Assembly: GCA_965261735.1 (NCBI GenBank) | Contig: OZ253470.1 | Coordinates: forward strand, 1,088,001 to 1,152,000 | Length of the DNA stretch: 64,000 nucleotides | Direction: 5' to 3' | DNA from: Alphaproteobacteria bacterium | GTDB taxonomy: Bacteria > Pseudomonadota > Alphaproteobacteria > SHVV01 | Shown: positions 50,355-60,819 of the stretch, piece by piece | Layout: every line of letters begins with the position of its first letter | How positions within the stretch are numbered: the first letter of the stretch is position 1 | Position numbers and translations under genes: made by a program | The notes under the pieces: model-generated | The model's database searches: none | Told to the model about the DNA's origin: nothing | Seen by the model: only the letters and a program-made list of their open reading frames with translations

Positions 50355-50467
50355 GGATGAGCTGCCCCCGAGTAGATTAGTTAGTAATGACGGCTACTTG
50401 CTTATGATGGCCGCAATTCCTAGCACATTTTCGCCGCTGCGCGGGCCATCAAACCCCGATGCCGATG

Positions 50468-51622
50468 CTACGGTGCGCCGAACATGCGCTCGAGGTAGTA
50501 GCCGAAGACGTTGTGGATGGGCTTTTCGACGTGCGAGAGGGGCCCGGGCTCGAACCCGCGCGAGGCCATCGCCCGCTGTAGCGACTGGACCATCTCGCGG
50601 TCCTCCTCGATGGTCTCGATCGAGATCCGGCGGTAGCGTTCGATGACCTCCTCGAAATTGGGCCGTCCGAAGAACTCCTCGGGAAACAGGACGTAGATCG
50701 ACATGCGGTGGGTGGTCAGCGAGGTCGGCCAATAGACGAGGAACTCGACGTTGTCGACGTAAGCGAAGATCTGCATGTTGGGGGCGAGGAAACCGGCGGC
50801 CGCGAAGTCGTCGGGCTTGTCCTCGAGCCACGGCATCTTGGCGTCGGCGCCGAACCACAGTCCGTCGCCCCGCGTCGGCATGTCGTAGAAGCAGGTGTAG
50901 CCGCCCCTGCGGTTGAGGTCGAAGCGGACCGCCGCGGCCTCGAGCCCGCCCTTACCGAGCGTTGTCGCGTGGAGCGTGTTCACGTGGTAGTTGTCCATCG
51001 CGTTCTCGACGAACAGCTTCCAGTTGCAGTCCATGTCGAAGGTGATGGTCGTTGCGCGTCGGCAGCGCCCCATCCGGAAAACCCCGAAGTCTCGCTCGAA
51101 ATCGGCGACGAACTCGGATAAAGGCTCGGGCGCGCGGCTAAAGGTGATGAAGATCCAGCCGGCCCACTCATCGAGGCGCACCGGCGTGAGCCGACAGTTC
51201 GCGGGATCGAACGTCGCAGCCTGGTCCATGAAGGCGGCGCCAATCAGCTTGCCTTCGAGGTCGTAGGTCCAGCCGTGATAGGGGCACGTGAACTGCTGCG
51301 CCTGGCCGCGCCCCTGGGCCACCTCGACACCGCGATGGCGGCAGGTATTGAGGAACGCGCTGAGCGTGCCGTTGGTACCGCGCGCCACGATCACCGGCTC
51401 CTCCATGACGTGAAACGCCATGTAATCGCCCGGATTCGCGACCTCCTCGATGCGGCCGACGCAGAGCCAGTCCTGCATGAAGATTCTCTCCTTCTCCATG
51501 CGCATGACGTCGGGCGAGCTATAGATGTATCCGGGAAGATGGTACGCCTCGGCGAGCGGCGCGCGCGCACGCTCAAGACCGGCGCCGGGCGCGGGTTGCG
51601 TGAATTGCTCGGTCAATGCCAT
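50468..51622 (-). CDS. Rieske oxygenase alpha subunit
   Basis: CRHRG...CPYHGW, ENAMDNYHVNTLH and EEDR. Confidence 0.93.
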   Translation of the reverse strand: MALTEQFTQPAPGAGLERARAPLAEAYHLPGYIYSSPDVMRMEKERIFMQDWLCVGRIEEVANPGDYMAFHVMEEPVIVARGTNGTLSAFLNTCRHRGVEVAQGRGQAQQFTCPYHGWTYDLEGKLIGAAFMDQAATFDPANCRLTPVRLDEWAGWIFITFSRAPEPLSEFVADFERDFGVFRMGRCRRATTITFDMDCNWKLFVENAMDNYHVNTLHATTLGKGGLEAAAVRFDLNRRGGYTCFYDMPTRGDGLWFGADAKMPWLEDKPDDFAAAGFLAPNMQIFAYVDNVEFLVYWPTSLTTHRMSIYVLFPEEFFGRPNFEEVIERYRRISIETIEEDREMVQSLQRAMASRGFEPGPLSHVEKPIHNVFGYYLERMFGAP

Positions 51623-51665
51623 CGTGTGTCCTCCGCGCGCCGGGCGGGTACGGCTCAGCCGGCGC

Positions 51666-52814
51666 CTAGACAGCGCCGAACATGCGCGTCAGGTAGTAGT
51701 TCAGGAGGTTGTGGATGGGCTCCTCCACGGGCGACATCGGACCGGGCCGGAACAGGGTCGAGGTCATCGCCTTCTGCAACAGCGCCACCATCTCGCGGTC
51801 CTCGCCCAGCACCTCGGCCTCGGTCTCGCCATACAGCTCCATGCGCGCGTCGAACTCTGGGTGCGCGAAGGCCGCCTCCGGGAACAGCAGGTAGACGGTG
51901 AGCCGGACCCGGTCGACCCCGAGCGGCCAGTAGGTCATCATCTCGACATTGTCGGCATAGGCGAAGATCTGCATGTTGGGGGCGAGGAACCCGGCGCCGG
52001 AAAAGCTCTCCGGCCGGTCCGCGATCGCACGCATCTTCTCGCCGAACCATAGCTTGCCGCCGTCGAACTTGGGGGTGTGGTCATAGAACACACAGAAACC
52101 GCCGCGCCGGCGGAGATCGTAGATGAAGTCGGGCGTCGTGATGCCGCCGAGCGAGACTGGGTGAATGACGTTGACGTGGTAGTGGTCCATCGAGTTCTCG
52201 GCCATGAACTTCCAGTTGCAGTCGAGCTCCAGCTCGAACTTCTTGGCGAGGCGGACCTCCTGCTGCTGGAGAAACCCGAAGTCGCCCGCGAACGCCGAGA
52301 CGAAATCGGCCAGGGGCTCGGCCGCGGGATCGAAGGAAATGAAAACCCAGCCCTGCCAAACGTCGAGCCGCAGCGGGGTCAAGCCGCACGTTGCCGCATC
52401 GAACCCCTGCGCCGCGCCCATCAGCGGCGCGCCAACGAGGTTGCCGGCGAGGTCGTAGGTCCAGCCATGGTAGGGGCAGCTGAACTGCTCGGCGTTGCCT
52501 TGACCGGTCGCGACCTCGACACCGCGGTGGCGGCACACGTTGGCGAAGGCGCCGAGCCGGCCGGTGGCATCGCGGGCGATGACGATGGGCTCGTCCATGA
52601 TGCGCATGGCCATGTAGTCGCCGGGGTTCGCGAGCTCCTCGGCGCGGGCCACGCAGAGCCAGTCCTTCATGAAGATTTCGTCTTTCTCGCGCCGGTAGAT
52701 CTCGGGCGAGCTGTAAATGTAGCCGGGCACGTGGTGCGCGCGGTGGAGCGGCGCGCGCGCCGGCTCGAGGCCAGCACCGAGGTCGGCGGCCGCGATCGGC
52801 TCGGTCAGCGCCAT
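51666..52814 (-). CDS. Rieske oxygenase alpha subunit
   Basis: CRHRG...CPYHGW, ENSMDHYHVNVIH and GEDR. Confidence 0.93.
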   Translation of the reverse strand: MALTEPIAAADLGAGLEPARAPLHRAHHVPGYIYSSPEIYRREKDEIFMKDWLCVARAEELANPGDYMAMRIMDEPIVIARDATGRLGAFANVCRHRGVEVATGQGNAEQFSCPYHGWTYDLAGNLVGAPLMGAAQGFDAATCGLTPLRLDVWQGWVFISFDPAAEPLADFVSAFAGDFGFLQQQEVRLAKKFELELDCNWKFMAENSMDHYHVNVIHPVSLGGITTPDFIYDLRRRGGFCVFYDHTPKFDGGKLWFGEKMRAIADRPESFSGAGFLAPNMQIFAYADNVEMMTYWPLGVDRVRLTVYLLFPEAAFAHPEFDARMELYGETEAEVLGEDREMVALLQKAMTSTLFRPGPMSPVEEPIHNLLNYYLTRMFGAV

Positions 52815-52842
52815 TGGCTTATCTCCTTTGTGCCTCGACGGC

Positions 52843-53532
52843 TCACGCGCGATCGGCCGGGGTGCCCTTGCCCTCCGGCTTGTCGTCGCGCAGCCCGTAC
52901 CACTTGTAATCCGGATCGAAATCCGGGAACGCGAGCGTGAAGGTGTTGTTGACGACCGAGTAGTCCATGTAGCCGAGCCTGGCGAGGGGCGTAAACTTTG
53001 ACAGGTCGACGATACCGTCGGTCAGGACTTCGTCGCGTATATGGACACCGATCACCTTGCCGATGACCATGAAATTTGGCCACAACGGGTCCTCGGCCTC
53101 GAGCTCCACGGTCTGCAGATACACGCACTCGAGGTGGATCGGCGACGCCTTGACGCGCGGCGGTTTGACCAATTGCGAGGGCTCGAGCTCGAGGCCGGCA
53201 AGCGCCGCCTCGTCGACCGAGCGAGCCACATGCTCCGAGGTCACGTTCATTTGATCGCGCACCTCCCACGTCACCATGTTGGCGACGAACTCGCCGGTAT
53301 CCTCCGCGTTCTTCTGGGTATCGGTCACGCCGCCTTCGACGTGCTGATTGCCGGCACCGAACATGACTTGGCGTGGGTTGCTGGCAACTCCGTTGAAAAA
53401 GCTGAAGGGAGCGAGATTGAGGCCGCCGTCGCGGTCCAGGGTCGTAATCCACCCGATCGGGCGCGGCACGATGCAGCTCAGGTACGGGTCGTGCGGCAGG
53501 CCGTGTTGGTTGCTCTTGGTCTCGTAGAACAT
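52843..53532 (-). CDS. Flavin reductase-like FMN-binding protein (DIM6/NTAB)
   Basis: VPRPIGWITT, NLAPFSFFN, TGEFVAN and PLARLGY. Confidence 0.9.
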   Translation of the reverse strand: MFYETKSNQHGLPHDPYLSCIVPRPIGWITTLDRDGGLNLAPFSFFNGVASNPRQVMFGAGNQHVEGGVTDTQKNAEDTGEFVANMVTWEVRDQMNVTSEHVARSVDEAALAGLELEPSQLVKPPRVKASPIHLECVYLQTVELEAEDPLWPNFMVIGKVIGVHIRDEVLTDGIVDLSKFTPLARLGYMDYSVVNNTFTLAFPDFDPDYKWYGLRDDKPEGKGTPADRA

Positions 53533-53703
53533 GGGCACTACTCCTCGGGGCCTCGCCCCGACGTTCCTCACGGGAGGCTAGGCTGAAATCGCGGGGCGGT
53601 CCAGCGCGCGGCGCCTCGGCGGTTGGCCTTGCAAACACCCGTTGATCCGAACCGGCGCATGAGCCACAATCGCGCCCACCCACACGCCCCGCGAGGATTG
53701 TCC

Positions 53704-54849
53704 ATGGCGTCGAACGTGTCTCCACTACGGACCAAGAGTCGGTTTCACCCCAACGCCGAGCTCTCCTACACGCTGCCCGGTCACTATTACTATGACCGCG
53801 AGATCTACGAGCGCGAGAAGGAGGAGATCTGGTTCAAGACGTGGCAGTTCGTCGGCCTCGAGCGCGACATCATGGAGCCCGGCGCCTTCCTGACCGAGGA
53901 CGTCATCGACCAGAAGATCTTCGTCGTGCGCGGCAAGGACAAACGGCTGCGCGCCTTCTACAACGCCTGCATGCACCGCGGGCACACCCTGCTCGAGGGC
54001 ACGGGCAATGTGCGCATGATCACCTGTCCATTCCACGCTTGGACCTATGACTTCGAGGGTAAGCTGAAGGCAGCGGGCAACTCGGAGAACGTGGCCGGGT
54101 TCGACGTCGAGGACTTCTGCCTATCGGAAGTCCAGGTCGAGGCCTTCGCGCACATGGTGTTCGTCAACCTCGATACCGACGCGCCCTCGCTCGCGAGCCT
54201 CGCCGGCGACCTCGAGCGCGACCTCGAGGAGACGGTGCCCAACTTTGCCGACATGAAGCTCGGCCGGCGCGATTTGCGCGATCTCGACTGCAACTGGAAA
54301 TTCATTCCCGACCAGAACGAGTGCTACCACTGCCCGCATCTCCACGTCGGTGTCGGCTTCGGTAGCCTGCGCGACACGGTCTGGCTGACGACCGAATACG
54401 ACATGTGGGCGAAGAACGTCATCCACGCGAACCCGAAGGAGATCGAGGGCAACATCGTCCCCAGCGTGCGGCCGGAGGACAAATATCAGGAGACCAAGTT
54501 CATCTGGTTCATGTGGCCCAACCTGGTCCTCGTGTCCGATCGCGGCGCACCGAATATCAAGCTCATGCGGGTCGTGCCAAAAGGGCCGGAAAAGAGCCTG
54601 CTTTATATGGACAATCTGTGCCTCAACGTGCCGCCGACGGAGGACGACCTGTCAGGCATGAACTTCTACCGCGACGTGGTGCTGCCGCAGGACACCTCGG
54701 CGATGGAAAAGCAGCAGCTCGGCGTGCACGCCCGCGGTTACACGCAGGGTAGGCTCATGGTCGACAAGGAGCGCACGATCAAGAGCGAGCATGGCACGCA
54801 CCAGTTCGATAAGCTGGTCTGGGAGGCGCTCAACGGGCCCAACTACTAA
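53704..54849 (+). CDS. Rieske oxygenase alpha subunit, CntA/YeaW-like clade
   Basis: CMHRGH...CPFHAW, ECYHCPHLH and GY.QGRLM...SEHG C-terminus resembling CntA. Confidence 0.92.
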   Translation: MASNVSPLRTKSRFHPNAELSYTLPGHYYYDREIYEREKEEIWFKTWQFVGLERDIMEPGAFLTEDVIDQKIFVVRGKDKRLRAFYNACMHRGHTLLEGTGNVRMITCPFHAWTYDFEGKLKAAGNSENVAGFDVEDFCLSEVQVEAFAHMVFVNLDTDAPSLASLAGDLERDLEETVPNFADMKLGRRDLRDLDCNWKFIPDQNECYHCPHLHVGVGFGSLRDTVWLTTEYDMWAKNVIHANPKEIEGNIVPSVRPEDKYQETKFIWFMWPNLVLVSDRGAPNIKLMRVVPKGPEKSLLYMDNLCLNVPPTEDDLSGMNFYRDVVLPQDTSAMEKQQLGVHARGYTQGRLMVDKERTIKSEHGTHQFDKLVWEALNGPNY

Positions 54850-54935
54850 AGCATCGCGCCACGATCGGCGGACGTAAGGGACCGGGCTCGCCGCCAACAG
54901 CTAGCACATATTTGCAAGCGCAAAGGGAGGTTTCC

Positions 54936-56114
54936 ATGAAAGCGCAGTTTCGTTGGATAGCATCGGTATGTTTCGCGTTCGGCCTCGCGGCCGTGGGGTC
55001 GCTAGCCGCGTCCTCGGCGGCCACCGCCTTGGAGGCCAAGGGCGAGGTGCTCCGTATTCCGTTCATGCAGACGTTCAGTGGCGCGTACGCCACCTACGGC
55101 GATCTGATGTGGAGCGGCGCCCTGCTCGGCCAGGACATGATCAACAACGAGCTCGGCGGCATCAAGGGACGGCCGATCGAGATCTACCAGGCGGATGCTC
55201 CACTCGACGATGTCGCGTCCGCGGTCACCATGTATCGCAAGCTCGCGCGCAATCCCAACATCCCGATCATATTGGGCGTTAGCGCGACCTCGATCCTCGC
55301 CGCCGTCCACGACATGGCCGAGGAGTTCAAGGTCGTGCATTGGGCCTACGACTCGGGCGGCGTCTGGCGCCTGCCGGGGTTCAACAAGTGGGTGTTCCGG
55401 GATATCCCGATGACGCACACGGCGGTCCCCGTACTGATGCCCAAGATGCAGAAGAAGTTCAACATCAAGACGGCGGCGCTGTTCTACAACAACGACGACG
55501 AGGCATCCGTCGCCAACGCCCAGATCTACCGCGACGTCGCCAAGAAGCTGGGGATCGAGCTCATCGAGGGCAGCAACAAGATGGGCGAGCCCGACTGGAC
55601 GGCGCAGCTGACCAAGGCCAAGGGCGGCGGGGTCGACGCGTTCTTCCTCTCGCAGCAGGCCTTCGACGCCGGTCAGTCCGTTGCCACGGCGCGCGACATG
55701 GGTATGGATCTGCCGGCGCTCGCCGATCTCGCGGCGGGTGGCCCCGACTTTTTCAAGATGTCCAAAGGCCGGGTCGGCACCACGATCACCTGGTCCTTCT
55801 TCTCCAAGGATGACCCGCGCCCCTACGTCCAGAACATGTACAAGGCGTTCTGGAACAAGTTCAACCGCGAGCCCGACCCGTGGGAGCTCCTGGTGACGGA
55901 TGCGTCCATCATCATGATGAAGATCATGAACCGTGCGGACGACCTGTCGCGCGAATCGATCCGCAAGGCCTTCGCCGAAACTACCCAGATCGAGTCCATC
56001 CTCGGCACGATCGGCTGGAACGGATCGGGTGACGCCATCAACAACAACGTGATCATCGTCCGCTGGTCTGACGAGGGGACGATGGAGTTGGTGCCCGAGA
56101 GCTTCTGGAACTAA
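54936..56114 (+). CDS. ABC transporter substrate-binding protein (LivJ/Peripla_BP_6 type)
   Basis: Signal peptide, SGAYATYG, GGIKGRPI, WVFR and DWTAQLTK. Confidence 0.88.
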   Translation: MKAQFRWIASVCFAFGLAAVGSLAASSAATALEAKGEVLRIPFMQTFSGAYATYGDLMWSGALLGQDMINNELGGIKGRPIEIYQADAPLDDVASAVTMYRKLARNPNIPIILGVSATSILAAVHDMAEEFKVVHWAYDSGGVWRLPGFNKWVFRDIPMTHTAVPVLMPKMQKKFNIKTAALFYNNDDEASVANAQIYRDVAKKLGIELIEGSNKMGEPDWTAQLTKAKGGGVDAFFLSQQAFDAGQSVATARDMGMDLPALADLAAGGPDFFKMSKGRVGTTITWSFFSKDDPRPYVQNMYKAFWNKFNREPDPWELLVTDASIIMMKIMNRADDLSRESIRKAFAETTQIESILGTIGWNGSGDAINNNVIIVRWSDEGTMELVPESFWN

Positions 56115-56161
56115 GCGCTCGCAAGGACGACCGGCCGACTGGCCGTCCTTAGTGGTCGAGG

Positions 56162-56196
56162 AAGGGCCCTGTCCCAGGAATGGGGCGGGGCCCTTT
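56162..56196 (+). terminator. Stem-loop downstream of the SBP gene
   Basis: AAGGGCCCTGTCCCA...TGGGGCGGGGCCCTTT. Confidence 0.6.
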
Positions 56197-56241
56197 CACT
56201 AGGGCTGGGCGAAGGCGCCCGCACCAACGGGGTCGCAGCCG

Positions 56242-58557
56242 ATGAAATATGGGGTTAGCCAGCCGGTCACGCGCAAGGAAGACCAACGCCTGCTTACCGG
56301 CCAGGGCCGCTACACCGACGACCACGATCTCGAAGACCAGGCGATCGCTTACGTCCTGCGCTCGCCGCACGCCCACGCGGTAATCCGCGGCATCGACGCG
56401 CGCGCGGCGGGCACCGCACCCGGCGTGGTGTGCGTCCTCACCGGGGCCGACCTCGAAGCCGATGGCCTCGGCCTCCCGCCTTGCCTCCACCCTCCCGCGA
56501 ACCGCGACGGCAGCCACTGCACGGTACCGCCGCACGCGCTCCTGAAACGGGATCGAGTGCGTCACGTCGGTGATCCCGTAGCGCTCGTCGTCGCCGAGAC
56601 GCTCGATCAGGCGCGCGACGCCGCCGAGTTGATCGAGATCGACTACGAGCCGTTGCCCGTGGTCACCGACACCGCGAGAGCCATCGAGCCGGGTGCGCCG
56701 CAGCTCTGGGACTTCGCGCCCCGCAATATCAACATCGACTGGGAGGTCGGCGATGAGGCGGCCACCGATGCGGCCTTCGCCGCGGCCGCCCACGTCACCC
56801 GCCTCGACCTCGTCAACAACCGCGTCGTCGTCAACCCGATGGAGCCGCGCGCCGCGCTCGGAGCCTACGACGCGGAGGCCGGTTCTTACCTCCTCTACGT
56901 TCCGAGCCAGACCTCGCACATGGTGCGCGACATCCTCGCGCGCGACATTTTCGGCATCGCCCCCGACAAGGTGCGGGTCATCACCCCGGACGTGGGCGGC
57001 GGCTTCGGCATGAAGGTCTTCTTCGCCGAGTACGCGCTCGTGCTGTGGGCGGCCCGCAAGATCGGCCGGCCCGTCAAATGGACCTGCGAGCGCAGCCACG
57101 GCTTCCTGAGCGACAGCCAGGGGCGCGACCACGTCACCCACGCCGAGCTCGCCCTCGACTCGGACGGCAAGTTCCTAGCCGTACGGGCCGAGACGATCGC
57201 CAATATGGGCGGCTACCTGGCGACGTTCGGGCCCAACGTGCCGGCGAAGAAGGTGCAGCCGGCGGTCTACGACATTCGCGCCGCGTACGTGTCCGTCAAG
57301 ACCGTGTACACCAACACGGTGCCGGTCGACGCCTACCGCGGTGCCGGGCGGCCCGAGGCGACCTACGTCATCGAGCGCCTGATCGACGTGGCGGCGGGCG
57401 AGCTCGGCATCGCCCCGGGCGAGCTGAGGCGGCGCAACTACATTCCGCCCGAGGCCATGCCCTACACGACCGTCTTCGACATGACCTACGATAGCGGCGA
57501 GTTCGCGCGCAACATGGACGACGCCGTGGCCCTGGCCGACTGGCAGGGCTTCGCCGCCCGCCGCGACGAAACGCGCGCGGCAGGTAAGTTGCGCGGCATC
57601 GGTATGGCCTATTACGTCGACACCACGGGCGGCCCGGTCATCGACGCCGAGTATGCCGGGATCCGATTCGAGAGCGACGGCACCATGACCGTACTGTCGG
57701 GGTGCCAGGCCAGTGGGCAGGGCCACGAGACCGCGTATGCCCAGCTCGTGGTGGAGCGGCTCGGCGCGCCTTTCGACAAGGTCAACGTCCATCAGGGCGA
57801 CACCCTGGAGATCCCCAAGGGCTACGGCACGGGCGGGTCGCGCTCGCTGATGGACGGCGGCGGCGCGGTGCTGGCGGCGGCCGACGAGGTGATCGAGAAC
57901 GGCAAGCGGCTCGCGGCCAAGGATCTCGAGGTGGCGGCGGCCGACCTGGAGTTCGCCGATGGCCACTACCGGGTCGCCGGGACCGACCGGCGCATTGGCC
58001 TGTTCGACGTGGCCGCCCTGTGCCGCGCCGAGGACGGTGTTGAACTCTCGGGCGAGGGCATCTTCCGCCCGCAGGCGACCTCGTTCCCCAACGGCTGCCA
58101 CGTGTGCGAGGTCGAGATCGATCCCGACACCGGCGCCGTGGCCCTGATGGGCTACACCGTCGTCGATGATTTCGGCCGCGTCGTCAACCCGCTGCTCGTC
58201 GCCGGCCAAGTGCATGGCGGCGTCGTCCAGGGGGTGGGACAGGCGCTCGTCGAGCACACGGTGTATGACGACGACACCGGGCAGCTCCTGACCGGTACGT
58301 TCATGGATTACGGCATGCCGCGGGCCAGCGATCTCCCGCACTTCACCACTCAGTGGAACGAGATCCCGTGTCTCACCAACCCGCTCGGGGTCAAGGGCGC
58401 CGCCGAGGCGGGGACGGTCGGCGCGCTCCCGGCGGTCATCAATGCCATCGTCGACGCGCTCGCCGAGTTCGGCGTCACGCACGTCGACATGCCGGCCACG
58501 CCCGAGCACGTGTGGCAAACGCTGCGGTCGGCGGAACGCGCGCGGCCGGGGCGTTGA
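56242..58557 (+). CDS. Xanthine dehydrogenase family molybdopterin-binding subunit (form II CoxL-like)
   Basis: RKEDQRLLTG, DVGGGFGMK, AYRGAGRPE, GQGHET, GGSRS and KGAAEAG. Confidence 0.93.
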   Translation: MKYGVSQPVTRKEDQRLLTGQGRYTDDHDLEDQAIAYVLRSPHAHAVIRGIDARAAGTAPGVVCVLTGADLEADGLGLPPCLHPPANRDGSHCTVPPHALLKRDRVRHVGDPVALVVAETLDQARDAAELIEIDYEPLPVVTDTARAIEPGAPQLWDFAPRNINIDWEVGDEAATDAAFAAAAHVTRLDLVNNRVVVNPMEPRAALGAYDAEAGSYLLYVPSQTSHMVRDILARDIFGIAPDKVRVITPDVGGGFGMKVFFAEYALVLWAARKIGRPVKWTCERSHGFLSDSQGRDHVTHAELALDSDGKFLAVRAETIANMGGYLATFGPNVPAKKVQPAVYDIRAAYVSVKTVYTNTVPVDAYRGAGRPEATYVIERLIDVAAGELGIAPGELRRRNYIPPEAMPYTTVFDMTYDSGEFARNMDDAVALADWQGFAARRDETRAAGKLRGIGMAYYVDTTGGPVIDAEYAGIRFESDGTMTVLSGCQASGQGHETAYAQLVVERLGAPFDKVNVHQGDTLEIPKGYGTGGSRSLMDGGGAVLAAADEVIENGKRLAAKDLEVAAADLEFADGHYRVAGTDRRIGLFDVAALCRAEDGVELSGEGIFRPQATSFPNGCHVCEVEIDPDTGAVALMGYTVVDDFGRVVNPLLVAGQVHGGVVQGVGQALVEHTVYDDDTGQLLTGTFMDYGMPRASDLPHFTTQWNEIPCLTNPLGVKGAAEAGTVGALPAVINAIVDALAEFGVTHVDMPATPEHVWQTLRSAERARPGR

Positions 58558-58637
58558 CGCTGGCGGGTGAAGCCGTCAACATGGCTCGCGCGATCCCGTT
58601 TCCCAAGCGAACGATTTGAAGCACGAGTGAGGCGGCA

Positions 58638-59789
58638 ATGGCATCGAATGTGGCGACCCTGAAGACCAAGAGCCGGTTTCACCCTAACGCCGAGCTCTCC
58701 TACACGCTGCCCGCGACCTACTACTACGATCCCGAGATCTTTGAGCGCGAGCGCGAGGAGATCTGGTTCAAGACCTGGCAGTTCGCGGGTTTCATCGACG
58801 ACCTACGCGACGTGGGGAACTTCATCACCGCCGACATTCTCGACCAGAAAATCTTCGTTGTTCGCGCCAAGGGCGGCGAATTACGGGCCTACTACAACGT
58901 GTGCATGCACCGCGGCCACATCCTGCTCGAGGGCAAGGGCAACGTGCGCATGATCACGTGCCCGTTCCACGCCTGGACCTACGACCTCGAGGGCAGCCTC
59001 AAGGCGGCCGGCAACTCGGAGAACGTGGCCGGCTTCGATCACGACGACTTCTGCTTGCCCGAGATCCAGGTCGAGGAGCTCGCGCATATGGTGTTCGTCA
59101 ACCTCGATGCGAACGCAACGTCGCTGCGCAGCCAGGCGCCCGGGCTCGAGGAAGACTTTCTCGAGGTCGTGCCCGACCTCCCCGATATGCGGCTCGCGCG
59201 CCACAACTCGCGCGATCTCGATTGCAACTGGAAATTCGTCCTCGACCAGAACGAGTGCTACCACTGTCCCAGCCTGCACCCCGGTACCGGCTTTGGCAGC
59301 CGCGAGAGTACGATTTGGGAGTCGACCGAGCGCGGCATCTGGATGCGCCACACCGTGCGCGCCGACCCGGCGGAAATCGAGCGCGATCAGGGCAAGCTGC
59401 CCAGTGTGCAGGAAGACGACAAGATCAAGCACATGAGCTTCATCTGGTTTTTGTGGCCCAACATGGTCTTCCTCTCACACCGTGGAGCGCCCAATTTCAA
59501 GCTCCAAATCGCCACCCCCCTGGAGGACGAGCGGTGCCGCTTCACGGTCGACAATCTGTGCAAGAGCATCCCGCCGACGGAACGCGACCTGTCGGGCATG
59601 GACTTCTATTGGGACATCGTGGTGCCGCAGGACACCGGCTCGATGGACAGGCAGCAGCAAGGCGTGCACTCACGCGGCTACAAGCAGGGGCGCCTCGTGG
59701 TCGACAAGGAGCGTACGATCAAGAGCGAGCACGGCACGCACTTCTTCGACAATCTCGTGTGGCTCGCCCTCAACGGACCCAACTACTAA
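58638..59789 (+). CDS. Rieske oxygenase alpha subunit, close paralog of 53704-54849
   Basis: Shared N-terminus TKSRFHPNAELSYTLP, CMHRGH, ECYHCPSLH and shared ALNGPNY C-terminus. Confidence 0.92.
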   Translation: MASNVATLKTKSRFHPNAELSYTLPATYYYDPEIFEREREEIWFKTWQFAGFIDDLRDVGNFITADILDQKIFVVRAKGGELRAYYNVCMHRGHILLEGKGNVRMITCPFHAWTYDLEGSLKAAGNSENVAGFDHDDFCLPEIQVEELAHMVFVNLDANATSLRSQAPGLEEDFLEVVPDLPDMRLARHNSRDLDCNWKFVLDQNECYHCPSLHPGTGFGSRESTIWESTERGIWMRHTVRADPAEIERDQGKLPSVQEDDKIKHMSFIWFLWPNMVFLSHRGAPNFKLQIATPLEDERCRFTVDNLCKSIPPTERDLSGMDFYWDIVVPQDTGSMDRQQQGVHSRGYKQGRLVVDKERTIKSEHGTHFFDNLVWLALNGPNY

Positions 59790-59808
59790 CGCCCGACCCC
59801 GGGTTCGA

Positions 59809-60699
59809 TCAGCCGCCGAAGCGCGGCTCGAGCAAACCCGTCACGCCGGCATCGATGGCGAACAGGGCGCCGGCGTCGGGCTGGCGCGCCAGTTCCGCGT
59901 CGGTCATGCGGAAGCGGCTCGTGTTGACGTAGAGCACGTCGAGGTTGGGGCCGCCAAAGGTCACCGCCGTCGGCCGGCAGGTCGGCAGCTCGATCACGCG
60001 ATCGACGCCCCCCTCCGGGTTGTAGCGCACCACGTAGCCGGTGGTGCGCTCGGCCGACATGTCGAACTCGGCGTTCCACAGATAGCCCTGCGCATCGACC
60101 ATCGAGCCGTCGGGGATGCCTGGCCGCTCGGTAACGCTCGCGAACAGGCGCCGGTTGCTGATGGCGCCGGAGTCGGCGTCGAAATCGTAGGTGTAGAGCT
60201 CGCGGCGCATGCTGTCGCAGAAATACATGATGCTGTTGTCGGGGCTCCAGGTGATGCTGTTCGACAGGCAGAAGCCGCGGTCCATGATTCGCACCGAGCG
60301 GTCGGGATCGAAGCGGTAGAGGATGCCGGTAGGCTTATCCATGTCGACGTTGCCGCTGCCGACCCAGAAGCGCCCGCGCCGATCGCAGCGGCCGTCGTTG
60401 AGAAAATTGACGCCGGGCTCGGGCTCGGGATCGCACAGCGGCTCGAACGCGCCGCTCTCGGGCTCGAAAAAGGCGATGGACGTTCGGGTGGCGACGACGA
60501 ACCCGCCGCCCTCGCGCATCGCGAAGGCGCTGAACACCTCGGGCGTCGGCCATGTCGTGACCTCGCCACTGGCCGGGTCGAGCCGGTGCATACGGGGTGA
60601 CAGCAAGTCGATCCAGTAGAGCTTCTGTTCGCGCTCGCTCCAGGTCGGGATCTCTCCGATTCCGTCTTCGGTGTTGGCGACCACACGGTAGTCGGACAT
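59809..60699 (-). CDS. SMP-30/gluconolactonase family protein
   Basis: GEIPTW, LYWID, NDGRCD, SNSITWSPD, PDGSMVD and TFGG. Confidence 0.9.
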   Translation of the reverse strand: MSDYRVVANTEDGIGEIPTWSEREQKLYWIDLLSPRMHRLDPASGEVTTWPTPEVFSAFAMREGGGFVVATRTSIAFFEPESGAFEPLCDPEPEPGVNFLNDGRCDRRGRFWVGSGNVDMDKPTGILYRFDPDRSVRIMDRGFCLSNSITWSPDNSIMYFCDSMRRELYTYDFDADSGAISNRRLFASVTERPGIPDGSMVDAQGYLWNAEFDMSAERTTGYVVRYNPEGGVDRVIELPTCRPTAVTFGGPNLDVLYVNTSRFRMTDAELARQPDAGALFAIDAGVTGLLEPRFGG

Positions 60700-60743
60700 G
60701 CCTGTGCGCCCCGATGTTGAGGATATGTCGACCAAAGGAGAAC

Positions 60744-60773
60744 CCCCGAGCGGCCCGAAAGGGCTGCCCGGGG
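60744..60773 (-). terminator. Stem-loop downstream of the second SBP gene
   Basis: CCCCGAGCGGCCC-GAAA-GGGCTGCCCGGGG imperfect hairpin. Confidence 0.5.
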
Positions 60774-60819
60774 CTTTGTCAGGTGGCTAAAGCGCTTCTT
60801 CCGCGCCTAAATATCAGCT

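Noticed and set aside
53704-54849. Assigning the symbol cntA
   Set aside because: The motifs are CntA-like, but there is no cntB, there are multiple paralogs and the pre-His motif is altered; substrate cannot be inferred.
56242-58557. Aerobic CO dehydrogenase
   Set aside because: The motif is AYRGAGR (form II), not AYxCSFR, and no coxS or coxM is adjacent.
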